Source: Raillietiella orientalis
Taxonomy: Eukaryota
Assembly (NCBI GenBank): GCA_036172245.1
Contig: JAYWIR010000005.1
Coordinates: 3,720,001-3,784,000, forward strand
DNA: 64,000 bases
Reading direction: 5' to 3'
In this document: positions 13,361-27,509 of the stretch, piece by piece
Numbering within the stretch: the stretch's first letter is position 1
How the letters are laid out: each line of letters begins with the position of its first letter
Made by a program: the position numbers and the translations under genes
Notes under the pieces: generated by a model
The model's database searches: none
What the model saw: the letters and a program-made list of their open reading frames with translations, nothing else
Told to the model about the DNA's origin: nothing

Positions 13361-15942
13361 AGATTCCCTCCTTTTATGTATCTATTTATTTTGGGGGGAA
13401 GGAGATGAGCTGTTCAATTCTGTTTGGTTCTCATCTCGTTTTTCTCGCCACTTAGAAAGCTGACGAACTCGAAAGGCGGGAGAGTGAACGAACTGCCATC
13501 TTTTTTTTTTCTTTTCCTCTCGGATAAGCACATGACTTTAAACTGAGAAGCCATGTGTGACATGCACGAAGCTTGAGCTTCGTCACGCCCATAGGGGGTT
13601 CCAACGGCTGGGTCCACTTGCTGGCAAACGGAGACCGAGCTTTCCTGTGCGACCCATATTTGGTTTCCCTTCTTTTTCATTATTTTAGTTTGCATTCTTG
13701 CGCCTTCTTTTTCGGGGGGAAGAGGTGAGAGGAAAGAGGGTGGGTGGGTGGGGGGTGGAGGCAGGTGAATTTGGAGCAACCAAAAGGAAGAATAGTTTCC
13801 TGTCAGTCGCAGTCACCACTCCAGTTCCCTTCTGGAGAAGCACCACGGGGGATTCGTTTGTGTTTGTGCCAGTCAGATCCCAGCGAGACCTTCGAGCATT
13901 CGACGTTTCACAAAGTTATGGAGCAGACGGCACGGCTTCGAGGGAGAATGGATGGGGATAAAATGGGAGGTTTTCTTTCTCCATGACACAGCGTCACTGG
14001 TAACGGAAGAATAGCAGCCGCCACCTCGGCATCACCGACTCTCTCGAACTGCGCAAAGGAAGACGTCAACCAACTCCTTTCCCTCCAGATCAGTGCCTCC
14101 AGTAAAGCTCGGTGAGCACCGCTTTCGTCCGGAAGGCAACGCGGTGATTCTGGAAGCCAGTGGCAGAATTTCCCTAAGAGGTGCGACCGGCTTCTTCCAG
14201 TGGTCACGAGATCGTGAGACTCCCCATGATTTACGCGATGACAGATGGTGAGACTCTCGCTGTATGAGTCCTGGAGGCAGCTCACCAGGAGTCATGAGGA
14301 CGGAATAGGGAAGGAGACAGCAGGTTGATGAGAGCACAGGAGGCATGACTACAATCCTTCCGAAGAACGTGTCTTATACGAAAATTGGGGATCATAGGAA
14401 GGAAGGAGGTGGTCGCGGAACTGGACCTGAGGAACCATGTTGAAAAACAACGAAGCAAAAGATAAGGAACACCACGCATGAGCGCATCCTCCCCTCTCCC
14501 CTCCCCTCGTTCGCCTTCTCCTCTCGCGTCCTTCCCTCAGGCAATTTCTATCGCTTCTCACGCCCGTCGCTGGTCGTGGCGAAGCGCCTTCTCGCGATCC
14601 GCCGAAGAGAGGCGCGTTGCTAAGAGCAAAGCAGTCGGCGACCAGCTGAACGGCGACCACGAACCTGATGTCTGGAAGGAACAGGGCACAGAGAATCTTT
14701 GCTACTGGCAACCCTGCCAGCAGGTCTTCTCCTCCCTCCCTTTCCTCAAAAGGAAGGAAGAAGCAATGAAAAAAAAAAAAGAGGAAGGAAACCTGCGGTC
14801 CTCTTCGCTCTGGAAGAGTCCGGAAACTGGCGCGATGGGGTCGATAGACCCGCTCTTCCTCCTCCTCCGCCGTTCTGCTAGAGGGAAGTCCTTGATCCCA
14901 CTCTCTATAACCGAAACGCAGAGTGGCGAGTTGGAAGCTGCAACAGGATCCGCCCAGCGCGTTCCTTTCCGCTGGCCAGAGAACCTGGACATGGAAGACG
15001 CCAGGGATGATAAAGGTCAACGCTTCCGTAAAGCAGATGGGTTCGTCAAAGAGCGAAAACACTTTCACAGAAAGAACCACAAAAAGGTAGATGGGTCTTG
15101 AATCAGCAGTGAATCAGCAGTTGCTTCTCTTCTCTTCTTTTTTACCTTGGTAGGTAGACAGGGTATTCGATAAGGAGTTGGCTACAGCAAACATAGCAAT
15201 CGGGGGCGATGTGACACTATGGCAAAAATGGCTATTCTCGGGCATCCCGATGTGTGAGGTGTTCTCGACACCTGGAGCCAGTGCACCAGATTGTGCTTCC
15301 TTTCAAAAAACAGAAGTGCTACGTCAAGAAATAAAAAAGCATACCAATGAAGGCTGGGAGAAGAATGATAACCCTCTTCCTTCAAGTTTGCTTTTATCGA
15401 TTTCTGCTGTGCACGATTTCTTCCATGTATTTTGGAGATTCTGAACCTTTCCTAAGAGTTTCACGAACCATGATCATTCAAAGTTAGAAAAACAGGATGC
15501 GATTTACATTGCCACGAGTGTAAAACGCTGAAATAACCTTTCCGAATTTCTTGCAAATTCGTTTTCGATTTGCAAATCTTCCGAATTTATTGTCCATCAA
15601 GGATGCCGAGAATTGTGGTGGCATTCTTTGCAAGTGCCCCAAACTGGAACCTCTGGTCTTTTCCAGCCGAGGATTTCAAGTGGAAGAAACAAAAACACAA
15701 AATTTCGTTTGTATGGGCACACTGTGTAGCCTCTAGGCATCATCTTATGACGCAATTTGAGCGACCTTTTCCGTTTCAAATCTTCAGCAGTTTTTATTAG
15801 CACTACTTTAATTGGTAATTAGGTACTCTGATTACTAAGGAGCTCAAGGAAACAGAGACATCTAGAAAACGCCAAATGCTAAAGGGTTCTGAGGTACTTT
15901 CTCTTGTTACATACATCCCACGTACGTTGTCATATGTGTACG

Positions 15943-15975
15943 TCGCTTCTCGCTACGATCAAAGTGTACGCTGTT
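15943..15975 (+). pseudogene. U2 snRNA 5' fragment
   Basis: TCGCTTCTC-GCTAcGATCAAAGTGTAcgCTGTT aligns with U2 ATCGCTTCTCGGCCTTATGGCTAAGATCAAAGTGTAGTATCTGTT, allowing a ~9-nt deletion in stem I. Confidence 0.55.
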
Positions 15976-18419
15976 ATGTAACAGACGACGCTCATATCCT
16001 CGACTCCTTCAGTGAATGGAACACACTCACGAACGCACCCATATTTTAAAACTGATGCTTAACGCTCATTCTAGGTAGGCATATCAGAAATACGTGCAAC
16101 ATTTTCTTAAATAATTAGTCAACATAATGAACCGAAAAGACTCAAGATCAGACGCATCTGTCATTGGCTCACAAACCCACTTGAAGATTCTTCGTGTATT
16201 GGCCCCAGCGAGGTATCTCTTGTCCCCTGAAACCGTTAAAGACCGGAATACAAAGGAGCTCAACAAGGATGGGGAGAATGTTGAGCATGGAAAAGAATGG
16301 GGAAAGAAAGATGAGTGCCATGGGAAACCGCGAGGGTTGATGGTGATGCCTTGCAGTAGTACTTGGTGCGCCTCCAGTCTGGAAAGCTAAGATGGACTTT
16401 GCTCAGTCCTTCATAATCTTTCCGCTGATATGTTTTTTTCCTTTTGCAATTTCTCCAGATAAATCAAGCACAGGTTTTTTTTTTTTTTTTTTTCTATCCA
16501 CATTTCGATTGTTGTATACTTTCTACTAATTATGGCCAGGGTAAAAAATAGCACTCCACTTCCTGGGAGCCTCTGGATTTATTCTTGTCTGGGTAGAAGA
16601 GGAGCCAGGCTCTTACATTTGCCACAAGCCTAGTAGTCAGCAGGAAACTTTTCTTCGTGGTTTCTCTCGGTTGAGGCTTATGAGCGATCTTTCTGCTGAT
16701 GTCCATTGAAACGAAGTTTTGTCTTCCGTTTGGACTAAGACCTCAGTTGTCGTAGCTGAGAGCTTTAATTTGGATCCTGTCTTTTGTGTCGAGGTATGGT
16801 TCGAAAAAATGAATTGAAATTAATTTTCCTTTCTTTTATTCCCTCAACCGAAAAAGAAAAAAAAAATCTGACGACAAAATCAGTAAAATTTATAGAACAA
16901 CGAAAATGGACGGTGGGTTCATAATGAGAGTGTTATAAACCGAATTCTCGCATTGAGCATGGATGATCCCATATAACACTTGATGTGGAAAACTCCTGCT
17001 CGCATGAATTCTCTAACAACGTGCATTCATCAGTTATCAAAAGTAATTAGCAGTGCAGAAGATCCATTTCTGCCCCATTGAGGTTCAAGTGCCCCACCTT
17101 CCAGATATGGGCTGTTGGGCTCGCTTTCTGCCATCATCTTCAGTTGCTGGAGGAAATGTTGACATTTGTGATCTCTCTTTCACTTTGTCTCAAACATATT
17201 ATTTTGAATCAAGCATTTTGAACAAGGCACCCCTGCTTAGGGCTTTTTTAACAAAAAAAAAACTGATTTTTTCCATCACCAGTTATGGGCAGAAGCTTGA
17301 TTTTGTGACCAACATCCTTTCTCAAATGGCACTTCACCCACTTTCTTGATTTGAATTTTCTTTGCTGATCAGGGATCACTACAAACGAGATCAAGTACAT
17401 CACGAATAGAGATCCAAATGCCAATTTTGAATGGCACCCTCACCCCATCTGGCTTCCTGTTGTACGACTTTTCTTACATGATAATTTTGAGGGACTCACA
17501 AAGCGGTGTAAGAGCCAATAGGGTGGGAAGATTTTCACGATGATGGAATTCCTATTAATTTTAATGGTTTCAATAAAAAATTTTATTGCCAACGAGCAGA
17601 CGGACTTGGGTAGGAGTGAAAAAGATTCACAGAGGTCTGGAGATGACCACGATGACGGATAACGTTGGTAATAGACGAAGGGATGAAGTGAGGATGTAGA
17701 AATCGAAAGCAGGGAAACAAAATGCAAATCTTTCTGCTTCTAGGGTTTTGAAGGATTTCTATGGAAATGGGTATCATCTGTAATGAAATAATATGCAGCG
17801 TGAGAATAAGGATTCTGAAGAGTAACAAGGGAAGCAGCTCTTAGGTATTGCATATGGTATGGAATTGGTTACATTCTAGAATTTACATTTGTAATATATC
17901 CTGGTAGGTTAATTGAAACGAGAATTCTTCTCGGACAGCGGTATAATGACATCGTTGTGGTTGACTGACATTATTTGCTATCCAAGAATCTGTGATAAAT
18001 TTTGTAGATTTCTGAGAGTTGATCGCATGGGATCCTTAGTTTGTCTAAATCGTCGGCCACGATGCCCAGCGTTGGTGTCTAATTTTCACCTAAGGAAGAA
18101 TTGGACTAAGATCACCCTAAGGATGGATGGTTAAGACTTTAAAATTCTCGAGAATCCTAGTATTCTTCAGCTAGATGAGATCTTCTATCAACTCCAGTTT
18201 TCTCTGTTGTATTCGCAACACACAAATATTACATTTACTATTGATCTACTAGCACTTCTGGAAGAAGCATATACTTTTAGAAACTCCCAGGAAGATTCAC
18301 ACAAGCATCCCATCAAGTGTTTCATTTAGGGTTTGTGAGATTCGTACCCGCTACTGAACCAGACCGCGAAACATTCCCTGAATTTCTTCAAAAAATGACT
18401 TCATATTCATTCTAATGGC

Positions 18420-18720
18420 ACCGTCAAATATTTATAGGGCATCTCACTCGGTTTTTAGCAATTCTACCATTAATGGATAAAGGTGGGTTGAGTGAGCAAA
18501 GAAAGCGGCCAATTTCGCTCTCGGACTTTGCGAACTTGTTGTAATAGAGTATGGCAAAACTGAATCAAAGTAGGGAACATACATCAGGGAAGTCCCTGGA
18601 AAAGCTCACAGAAAACGCTTCTAATTATTCCTGGTATTTCCAAAAAAAAATACTGCGGATGCAGTGGTACCACATGAAATTTTAGCCACGCGCCTGCTTA
18701 TGCCGCTTGATTTCCTCTTC
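18420..18720 (+). mobile_element. Non-LTR reverse transcriptase remnant
   Basis: ILPLMDKGG..RKRPISLS followed by DAVVPHEIL, matching RT consensus motifs (xLIxKxG..WRPISL; AFDSVPH). Confidence 0.4.
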
Positions 18721-20579
18721 CGCATTTTTCAAGTGGTTTGGCGCGATCGTTTCGATTCGTTAAACAGGCAGTCGGAACGCGCCATTTCCCGTTTCCTAAG
18801 AAACAACGCGGAATCTTCGTTCCAGCGGAGGTCGAAATAGGAAGACTACCTGGAGATAAAGACACCTAACAGATACCCATGCCAGTGCACGCATCGAAAA
18901 TTAATATCATTGACGAATTTTTCCCAGGAATGGGGAAGAATCCATCAGTCAAATTACAATATGAAATCAATCATTCAGATGCTCTAGCATAAATTTTCGA
19001 GAGCAGAGGAGCTAGAACATCTCACCAAAGTCAACCGAATGAAACGAGAAACTCATTGCCCCTGAGATCATTTTGTCTGCGGAATCGGTTTGCAGCCAAT
19101 CACAAATTCACAAAAATCCCCTGCAGGACAGTCAGAAATGGTTTGATATATTGGCATGCTGGGGATGTTTCAGCTTCCGTGAGTCATTCTGAACTGTTAG
19201 TGCGTTGAGACACTTTTAATCAAAGTTTTAACATCAAAGAGGGAAATTGTTGCTGCAGGTGAAGTTTGCGGTGTTCACATTGCCTCTTACGATACATTGT
19301 GGACACTGTATGATAAGAAAGAGAGCTTCCACAGAAGAAGAAACCAGAATTGAACGGACAGTGTGAAGGCTTGGAAAGAGGAACAGCAAATTTACGTCTT
19401 ACTGTTCATTGTTCTCTCATTGCACAGGAGTAAGGAGATGCATATTTCCATGAGAACCTTGAAAAAAAAAAAAAAAACCGCTATAGCAAACGGAAAAGGC
19501 AGGAAGGGCTTCTAGATCAACCTGCTTCTCTAAGGAATGCTGCCCTACCTCAAAGAGACAACCAAGGTGGTTTAGTTCCAAATCTCTTCTTGAACAGAGT
19601 TTCCACAGCATCTTGAAGAGGAGTTGCATCTGGGGAAAGAACAGGCAAACAGTGTATGCGAATTCTTCCTGAGAAAATGAGCACACGCACCGCATCGAGG
19701 CGATTCCTCCCGACTTCATGTGTGAGGTTCAATTTCTGGGATTCCATCTTCTCGAAGGCGGTTATAGAAAGGCAGGAAACAGATTGCTTGTTACAAGCGT
19801 GTTCTCTGCCTTTGTTTTCTCTTTCTTCATTGGAAGAGGAGCATATGGCTCCAGAAACCGTGGAAGAGGCATGTTCTGTTGAAGACTCTCGCTTTAAAAC
19901 AAAGAAAGAAAAGAATGTAAAGCTAAGATGTTGAAACGTTTTCCTACAATGTGCTACACATCTTTCGGCGGTCCCGTTTTCCAGGAAATTCTTCCGGTAT
20001 GCCTAGATGCACAAGTATCTTAAGGTGGTGCTGTTGTATAAATTAACGGATTACAGGAATGGATTTATTGAAAGAGAAATTGATTGGATCGAAAAGGAGT
20101 CCCAGCGTTGCTCGTGGGTTTCATAACGAAGAGAGCACTTGAGGAGTCGTCAACAAAGTTTATCCGAAGTCTTGTCAGTTGCATCCATGTTGAGAAAGGA
20201 GGTACAATGAAATAAATGGGACTTTCTGTCAGCCTCTTCGCCCTCTCTGCTCTCTCCAGAACACGCGAGAACCGATTCCTGTTCCAAGCAGTTAGAAGAA
20301 TAGTTTGGAACAGGACTGGGTACTCCAGCAACTGTTGCGCTACCTCAGATTTCCTCCGGACTATCCATCGAGTTCTTCACAGCGTGCATTTACGCTGTAC
20401 ATCGTGCAGCACGCAGATTGCCCGCAGCGGCGGGCGCGTGGCTGCGGCGGTCCCCGAGCGGGCACCGAGAGTTGCCGGTTCGTAATCCCACCGAAGGAAG
20501 ATCCAACGTCGAGAAATGGGTGCGTTGTGAGTTCGAGTTCACCCCGCAAGATGACCGTGGTCGGTCTACATTTGGGTGC

Positions 20580-20985
20580 GACAGCACTGGTGGAAGCTAG
20601 ACGCCCCTGTTGAGTTGCCCGGAACTTTCAAATCCGGGCAGCTCAACAGGGGCGGTTCAACTTCCGGGTCCTTCCATGAATCAAGGAGCCCTTCGGGGTT
20701 CCCCTCCGGTTGCGCAAATGGAGCCGTCCCCTCTCTCAGGGGGGAGGAGCCTCCATCTCGTACCATGGAGCCGGGCTGATACCTCTCCGGAGTGTGAAGT
20801 GCCCCTGCTCCCTTCGGGAAGCGCGACCCTTCAGAGAAAATCTGGAGGCGTCTCTTCGGGTTCTCTTCAGAGGAACAAACAAGGAGCGGATCCTGACCGG
20901 GGATCCCTACGGAGAGAATGAAGAAGAGGTTCTCTTCGCGGTTCTCTATCAAGCGTAAGAGGGACGGATTCCTTCCTCCGTAGCC
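20580..20985 (+). repeat. GC-rich dispersed repeat, copy 2 (3'-truncated)
   Basis: gcactggtggaag..aatcaaggagcc..cttcggggttcccctcc..aatggagcc is shared with 22697-23142 and with the reverse complement of 2690-3250. Confidence 0.7.
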
Positions 20986-22178
20986 ATTAAAAAAAAGAGG
21001 TGACAAGGAAAACTTCCGTTTTTTAATGGATTTTCCATCTTTCTCCAAACTCGACCCCTCCAGGCTGCGATCGAAAAAGTTTCGTTCTGAGGGAAAGTTT
21101 TGACCTTGGTTCAGAAACTGTTTGGCAAGTAGCGGGATCTGGAGCCATGGCTGAGTATGAGGAGAGTGTCGAAACAGAGTCGAAACATCTTTCCCCCCCC
21201 TTCCCCTCCGAGCAGGCAACGGAAGGACTCGGCTTCCCTGGAATCGATTTGCAGCGCAACGCGGGCGACACGCTTGCGGCCGAGTGGCTCAGGAGCTGCG
21301 CGTTTCGAACAGCTCAGCAGATGCTGCTGGTGCCCGACAGAAGCACTGGCACGGATGCTCCAGCGGAAATGCAGAGGCCGTTAGCCCAATGCCCGCACGT
21401 GATGGCGGCCGCATGGCTGCGCTCTCCGCGCGTGATGCCAAGCGTTGCGGGTTCGAACACCCTTAAAGGATCGACGCACCAGCATCCTTCAGAGGATGCT
21501 GGGGACGCCAGGAAGAAATCTGTGATGCCTTCTCCTCCCCTCCCCCATCCCACACATTTTTAAACTGACCTTTTTTGTGTGTGTGTTTTTGTTTTTGTCT
21601 CCCCCCCCCTCACATACACGCACGCTCCCGTGCGGAACTCATCGGGGAGCTGACCACGAGAAGCAGCTACCCCGAGGTATTTTCCTTCGTAGTGGTGCTG
21701 CTTTGGAACCTCCACAAAGAGAAACATTTTTTAATATTTTATATGACTATTTTTTTTTGTAAATATTTTTTTTTACAATTTACAATACATATGTGTTATT
21801 TGAGATGAATGATTTTTTAATAGACGATTTTGTGATTGAGGTTGAATTTGGGCACGCCCCGGCGTGACGGGGCGAAAGTAAAGGGTCGACACCGAGTGAG
21901 GGAGGTGCGTCGTGGATTTCGAGTTTCCCTTGCAAGGCGATGCTGGTTGGCCTTATAGGCTTCGGGTGCGTCACTGGTTGACACGGGGAGTTTATTTATA
22001 AAATAAACATGCATGTTTGTGGCAGGACGTTTGATCCTGCCACGTTACTTATAACTACGAGAGGGAACCTGCCGGGAACTGGCACTCAGGTCGACAGCAG
22101 AAGAGAAGGGAAGAAACAAAAAAACAAAAATAAAACAAAAAACATACAGTAGAAAAAATGGGGGGATTCAAGAAGGAA

Positions 22179-22625
22179 TCACTGTGTGCTGGAGGGTGTC
22201 CTCTGCATCCTTGTAGGGATGCCGGCAAGTTCCTGTTTCAAGACTCCCAAATGGGGCCAACTTGACGCTGTCCTCATGAAGAGGACAGCAAAATAGATGG
22301 CGTTCCTGTCGTTCTGGTCTCCTCTGGCGTTGCTCCATGCAGCCATAGTCCCGCCGCGTAGGCAGCATAGTGTTCCTAGGGATTTGACAGGCGTGAGGGC
22401 GTCTCGCAGGAAGAGGCTCTTTAAAACGTCTCTGGGGTTGCCCTCTGGTATAGTCAGGGACGCAGCAAGGCGTTCATACATGGGATGGAGAGCAGCACAG
22501 TCTACTAGGATTCCCGCTCCCCGCAACTTGCACGGTTCGGGTCCACACGCACCCCGTGTCCAATGATGCCGAGGGGCGTTGCACGGGAAGTCCAGTGCAG
22601 CAGCATCAACACAGACTCCCGCCAC
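22179..22625 (-). mobile_element. Possible L1/Tx1-like ORF2 C-terminal (zf-RVT) remnant
   Basis: ACGPEP..ILVDCAAL..AAWSNAR loosely resembles the CxxC..HxLxxC..IWxxR tail of L1/Tx1 ORF2. Confidence 0.25.
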
Positions 22626-22696
22626 TTTAAGGGGAGGGCGAGGGTATTCATACTACTGCAGGTCTTCCTCCGGAATACCCAGTAGCATGTCCCAGC

Positions 22697-23142
22697 GGCA
22701 CTGGTGGAAGTCGGAAACCCCCAGATGCCCCCGTCGACTGGCCATTTCTCTTTTCAGGAATCAAGGAGCCGGTTCCCTTCGGGGTTCCCCTCCAGTTGTG
22801 AGAATGGAGCCATCCGGAAGTCGCCTCTCAAAGTGTCAAGAAGCACGCTGCTCCCCTCGGGAAGATTCCTCCAGAGAAAGTTGGTAGCGTCCCCTGCGGA
22901 GTTCTCTTCCGAGGCGTAATAAGGAGCGGTTTCCTTGCGGGTTCGCTTCGGAGGAGAAATCAAAAGCGGCTACCACAAACCGGAAGTCCCTCCGGAGAGA
23001 TTAAGAAAGGGATTCCCTCCCAACCGTAAGAGGAACGGACTCCTTCCTCCCGAGCCTTCCTGGATTCATAGGGTGGTCCCTCCGGGGTCACCCTTTCCCT
23101 AGCCTGAAGAGTTACATGAACCCTCGGGTGGCGCGGACGGCC
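22697..23142 (+). repeat. GC-rich dispersed repeat, copy 3
   Basis: Contains both the 5' block shared with 20580 and the 3' block shared with 2690 and 63900. Confidence 0.7.
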
Positions 23143-24884
23143 CTTCCCTCCTTCCTAAGGAAGCGAACGGTTCTTCAGTACTTTGCAAACCAAAAAAAAT
23201 AAACAAAAATTATCGCGTGACTCGCTCTGTTCATTTCCGCTCAAGAGACCGCACCCCATCCACGATCCTCCACCATTCCAGAAGCGTTTCAAAGCGTCCT
23301 TCCTAGTCTGGAGATGGTGGCTACTGTTCAGCTCTGGAATGAAGCAGAAGCAGAGAGGGCATGGAAATTCGCCCCAGGGATGCCAAGCTGTCGCTAGAAA
23401 AGAAAGGCTGCACACGGCGGAAACGATCCATTGGCTGGAAACCTTGCGGTGCGGAAGTCGGAATCTCCAGATAGGAAACCTCACTCCAGAAGTCACTCGG
23501 AAAAATTCTCTCCATCCAACAATCACAAAGAGGATCAGATCCTTGGTTTCGATAAAGAGACGGCAGAGACGGCGCCTGCCACACCGACGTCCTGCAGATG
23601 CAATGCAAGCATTCGTCGGCGAGCGAAAGAGAAGGGACGCTGCGAGCATCCTCGTTCCGTCTCCAAGTTGCTGTCATCTAACGAAGAGATGGCATCATTG
23701 TGTGGATCTTCTCAGCCTGTTGTACGCGCTGTCCTAAGTCCTCTTTACCAGCACTCGAAGAGCTTTCGGCATAGCAAGAAAATTCTGAGAAGAGATCCGG
23801 TTCAGAGGAACGGGTCAATAATGCAAGGGTCTTTACGAGATACGGATGGCTTCAAGTTTTTCCTTCGAAAAAAAAAAGAAAAGAAAAATCGCGGAAAGAA
23901 GAAGAAGAAGAATGCTTCTGATTTCCGCTTCGCTTCGATCACCGGGAAAATTATCTCCCTTCTCCCGCTTGTGAGCGTAGTTAGCAGGGGAAACTTTGGC
24001 TGCAGAGCTACGGATTTCTCCCAGCTTGCACTGAGGTAGAGATTGGTACTCTCGACTGCTCGTTAACTGCTACTTACTATCATCCGCATGCTCCAGAACT
24101 GGATCTGGCATATCTCTTGGGATTCGCGAGCAAGCTGATGAACAAGCTCAGATTGTCCTAAGCAGCTGTGAACCTTGCTATCTCGGCACACTTCCAAGCT
24201 CTTCTTCACCTCCTCTAGGGGATGCTTGCTGACCGAGGAAGCTATTTTTAATGAACGAAGAAGCTTCAGGCGATTAGCAGACAAAAAAACAAAAAAAAAA
24301 GTACCGATCTCTCATCCAAAATTCTTCAGGATCTCCGGTAACAGAATGTTTCCACAAGGGTTTTACGTCCAGGAATCAGCATTTCGTCGAACTGTCCGTC
24401 TTCATAATGAAACGAAGCACCACGGTAGTGAGCTCCGGTGCTCTGAACCACTTTTTGTGCCTGCACCCCTAGTTCTCTTCGAAACCTTTAACCATATTAC
24501 CTTCTTTTTTTTTTTTTTTTTACAACCTTCGTTTTATTTTGTAATCTGTTAGCTCTCCCGTACAGAAACCTTAGAAAATTCTCCAGAAAGTATCACTGTC
24601 TGATCAGGGCTTGCGCTCTCGAGGAATTCCAACCGTGAGGGAACCAGCGTTCTCCTACGTTCACGATGGTGTTTCTCCCTGCAGGCCAATATTGCAAGAT
24701 GATGAGTAAAAAGATGATTTTGCTTACCTGGAAGGGGGGCGAAGGGACAAAATCTTGTCTCCAGACTGCAAGCTTGAAGCACTGTGCATCTTCCTTTCTG
24801 AGCTGTGCTGAGCTGATGTCATGTTTTTAAACTTTCCCTCTCGAGAGTTAGAATCTCAGTACGAAATAGAGCATGCCGTGAAGT

Positions 24885-25449
24885 GCTTCTAGACCTGCCT
24901 AGACAATCCCCATTGTCTGTTGCATTGTTAGGCAGGGAATTGTTGCGGCAATTTTTTTTTTTTTAAATGAGCATCTGCATTGTCGCCAGGCAGTCGTCGC
25001 ATTGTTGCGTTGTTGCCAGGCAGTCGTCGCATTGTTGCGTTGTTGCCAGTAGTCGCATTGTTGCCAGTTTTCAAATGAGATTAAAGGAATCCGCAATCCA
25101 TTCGTAATGGAGTGAGTTGATGAGATTGTTCCTTTCTTGCTGGGAGTTTTTTTTTTGCATATACAATGATTTACATATATAATACATTTTTTTTGAAGTC
25201 TCTGGAAAATACAGAACTCGGAAACATTTTTTTTTTGTAAAAGAAAACGATCACATTTTCCCCAGTATTTTGTAAATACCCCATTACGGATGGATTGCTG
25301 ATTCCTTTAATCTCATTTAAAAACTGGCAACAATGCGACTGCCTGGAGACAATGCAGATGCTCATTTAAAAAAACAAAAAAATTGCCGCAACAATTCCCT
25401 GCCTAACAATGCAACAGACAATGGGGATTGTCTAGGTAGGTCTAGAAGC
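24885..25449. mobile_element. Foldback/MITE-like element with long terminal inverted repeats
   Basis: 24885-25110 is the near-perfect reverse complement of 25281-25449 (gcttctagacctgcctagacaatccccattgtc... / ...gacaatggggattgtctaggtaggtctagaagc). The left arm carries extra 30-bp tandem units, and the spacer is ~170 bp and AT-rich. Confidence 0.85.
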
Positions 25450-27509
25450 GTCTCTCCACTGGCTTGCATCAGTTTACATCCAACAGTTAAAGTGAGATGC
25501 TGTCTCCTGCTTTTCCAGCCGTGTTGTTAAGGTTACCGTAATGAGGTATTCCCGGTTCGGAGGTACCCAACCCTATCTCAGATTTACATAAGATTCTCAT
25601 TAATGTGGGAAGAGATGTGTGTTCGTTTGAAAGTGCTTTCGCCAGAGATGGATCGAAAAATGGAAGAGTAATCACAGAGCATACATGGCTGACGAACTCA
25701 GACGGAGACCATCCAGGCATTTTACAATGCCTGGATGGTCTTCGAAATTCGGAACAATACATATGTTTCGAAATGATACATATGTTTATTCATAAGTGTT
25801 CTCAAATACATATACACGAGTCGTATGTGTATGTACGTATATGTACTACATACAGATACTTACTATTAGTTGCAGTAAATAATGCGTTAACGTTCTCATC
25901 GTTTAGCCAAACGATGGTGTTAGTGGGTCTTCTGTTGCTGAAAAGTTAGATACCAGCTGCGGATGCAAGTGCATTAGATCGTACATGGCATGCCTGAACA
26001 GCTCGAAGTTTTTGCAAGGTGGATCTCCAGGTGACCACAAACGGAAAGCCTTCGAGATTTGAAATTTTTTGTAGGAATGTCACATGGGGACGAGATGTCC
26101 CGAGATATCGCACGGTAATGGGAGACCAAAGACATGTGTACCACTGCGAAACCGAGAGCTGGAATGGAGAAATTTCGGGCAGATGCGTCCCCACCACCCA
26201 AAGGATTCAGAAGCAAGCTTTATTCCGTCGGTCATGTTGGTCCGTTGTTTTGGAAACAGGACCTCCACATTCCCGAACATTAAGAAGAAGCTATTAGTAG
26301 TGCACGATGTTGGAGGAGATACTTTAATCCATTACTGGTTGTGCGATGCTTTGCTTGCAGCCCTCAGCACTCGATCCCAATTCAGTCGATGCAGCTGCTG
26401 AAATCATTCAAAAGTCAATTTTAGAGCTTCTCCCTTGTCCAGCATATTTCCTGGACCTCGTCTCTCCCACATTTCTGGCAAAAAAGTCACTACGCGGCTG
26501 CAACTCTTCGCAGTGACCAACACGAAAAAGCAGTGCCCAAAGAGTGGAACAATCGAAAACCCTTCTCTTAGGTGATGATGAATCCTGCTGGAAGATGGGA
26601 AGAGCGTTTGGAGGGGTGGTTTGGAAAATAACGTGAAATTTTGTATACACTCCCTTTTCTCGATAGAGGGAAAAAAAAAAAAAATGCTGCCTTTGTCTTT
26701 GGATGCCGTAATCATCTACGGAATGTGTATTTTAGGTCTTCAGCATTCTTTTTTTTGTTTTGTTTGCCTTGTTTTGCAAATGTCACCAATAACAAAGATA
26801 ACAATAGTAAGAATAAGATGAGACTTTTCCTCGGAATGCACCGTTTTATTGAAGAATTTTAGGAAGGCATTGAGAGACTGTCGATGATCAGAAGAAAGGA
26901 AAAAAACAAGAGACTCTGTAGCATAACTGCACTTTTGAACCATCGGATATCAGCGCCTCCGAATGGCAACTATTTCTTTCCGACCGTGGTGCCCCTCACA
27001 TTTCTGAATGGAATAAAAGGAATGCATCGATCGGTCCCATTTGTTTTTTTTTTTGTTCAAATAAATAAACAGGCAGCTCGTTCCATTCACCTCCCGGCTA
27101 TGTGCGGCAACGTCATCTCTGCGTGGAGACCGAGAAACCCACGGAGTTCAGACACGGTGAACTTTTTCGGAACGCCACGCGCCATCACCAGGTGGACGGG
27201 AACCGAGGCAACTTAGGCCTACAGCGCGCCGCCCGCCATCCCATTGGACGTCCGCGGTTTGTTTCCTCCATATTGCGCGCCGCCTCAGATCGCCGGGCCG
27301 ATTAGTGCGCGATGGAAACGAGGTGGACGGACGTGCAGTGGTGCATCCGCGGAGCGAAATGATGCTGAAGTGTTCTGAGAGCAACCGCCGGACCGCCATT
27401 CTTTTCCCGAAGCCGATGCCGTTGTCCAGGAGTGCAGATCATGCACGAGAAGAGCGGTGAAAAGCTGCGTCGTGATTCACATGGGTACCCCACACGGAGA
27501 TAACAATGA

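Noticed and set aside
13900..15100. ORFs of 200-240 aa on both strands
   Set aside because: Probably decayed LINE sequence; no domain could be assigned.
24981..25066. 30-bp repeats superficially like a CRISPR array
   Set aside because: Adjacent tandem units without spacers, inside an inverted-repeat arm of a eukaryotic genome.
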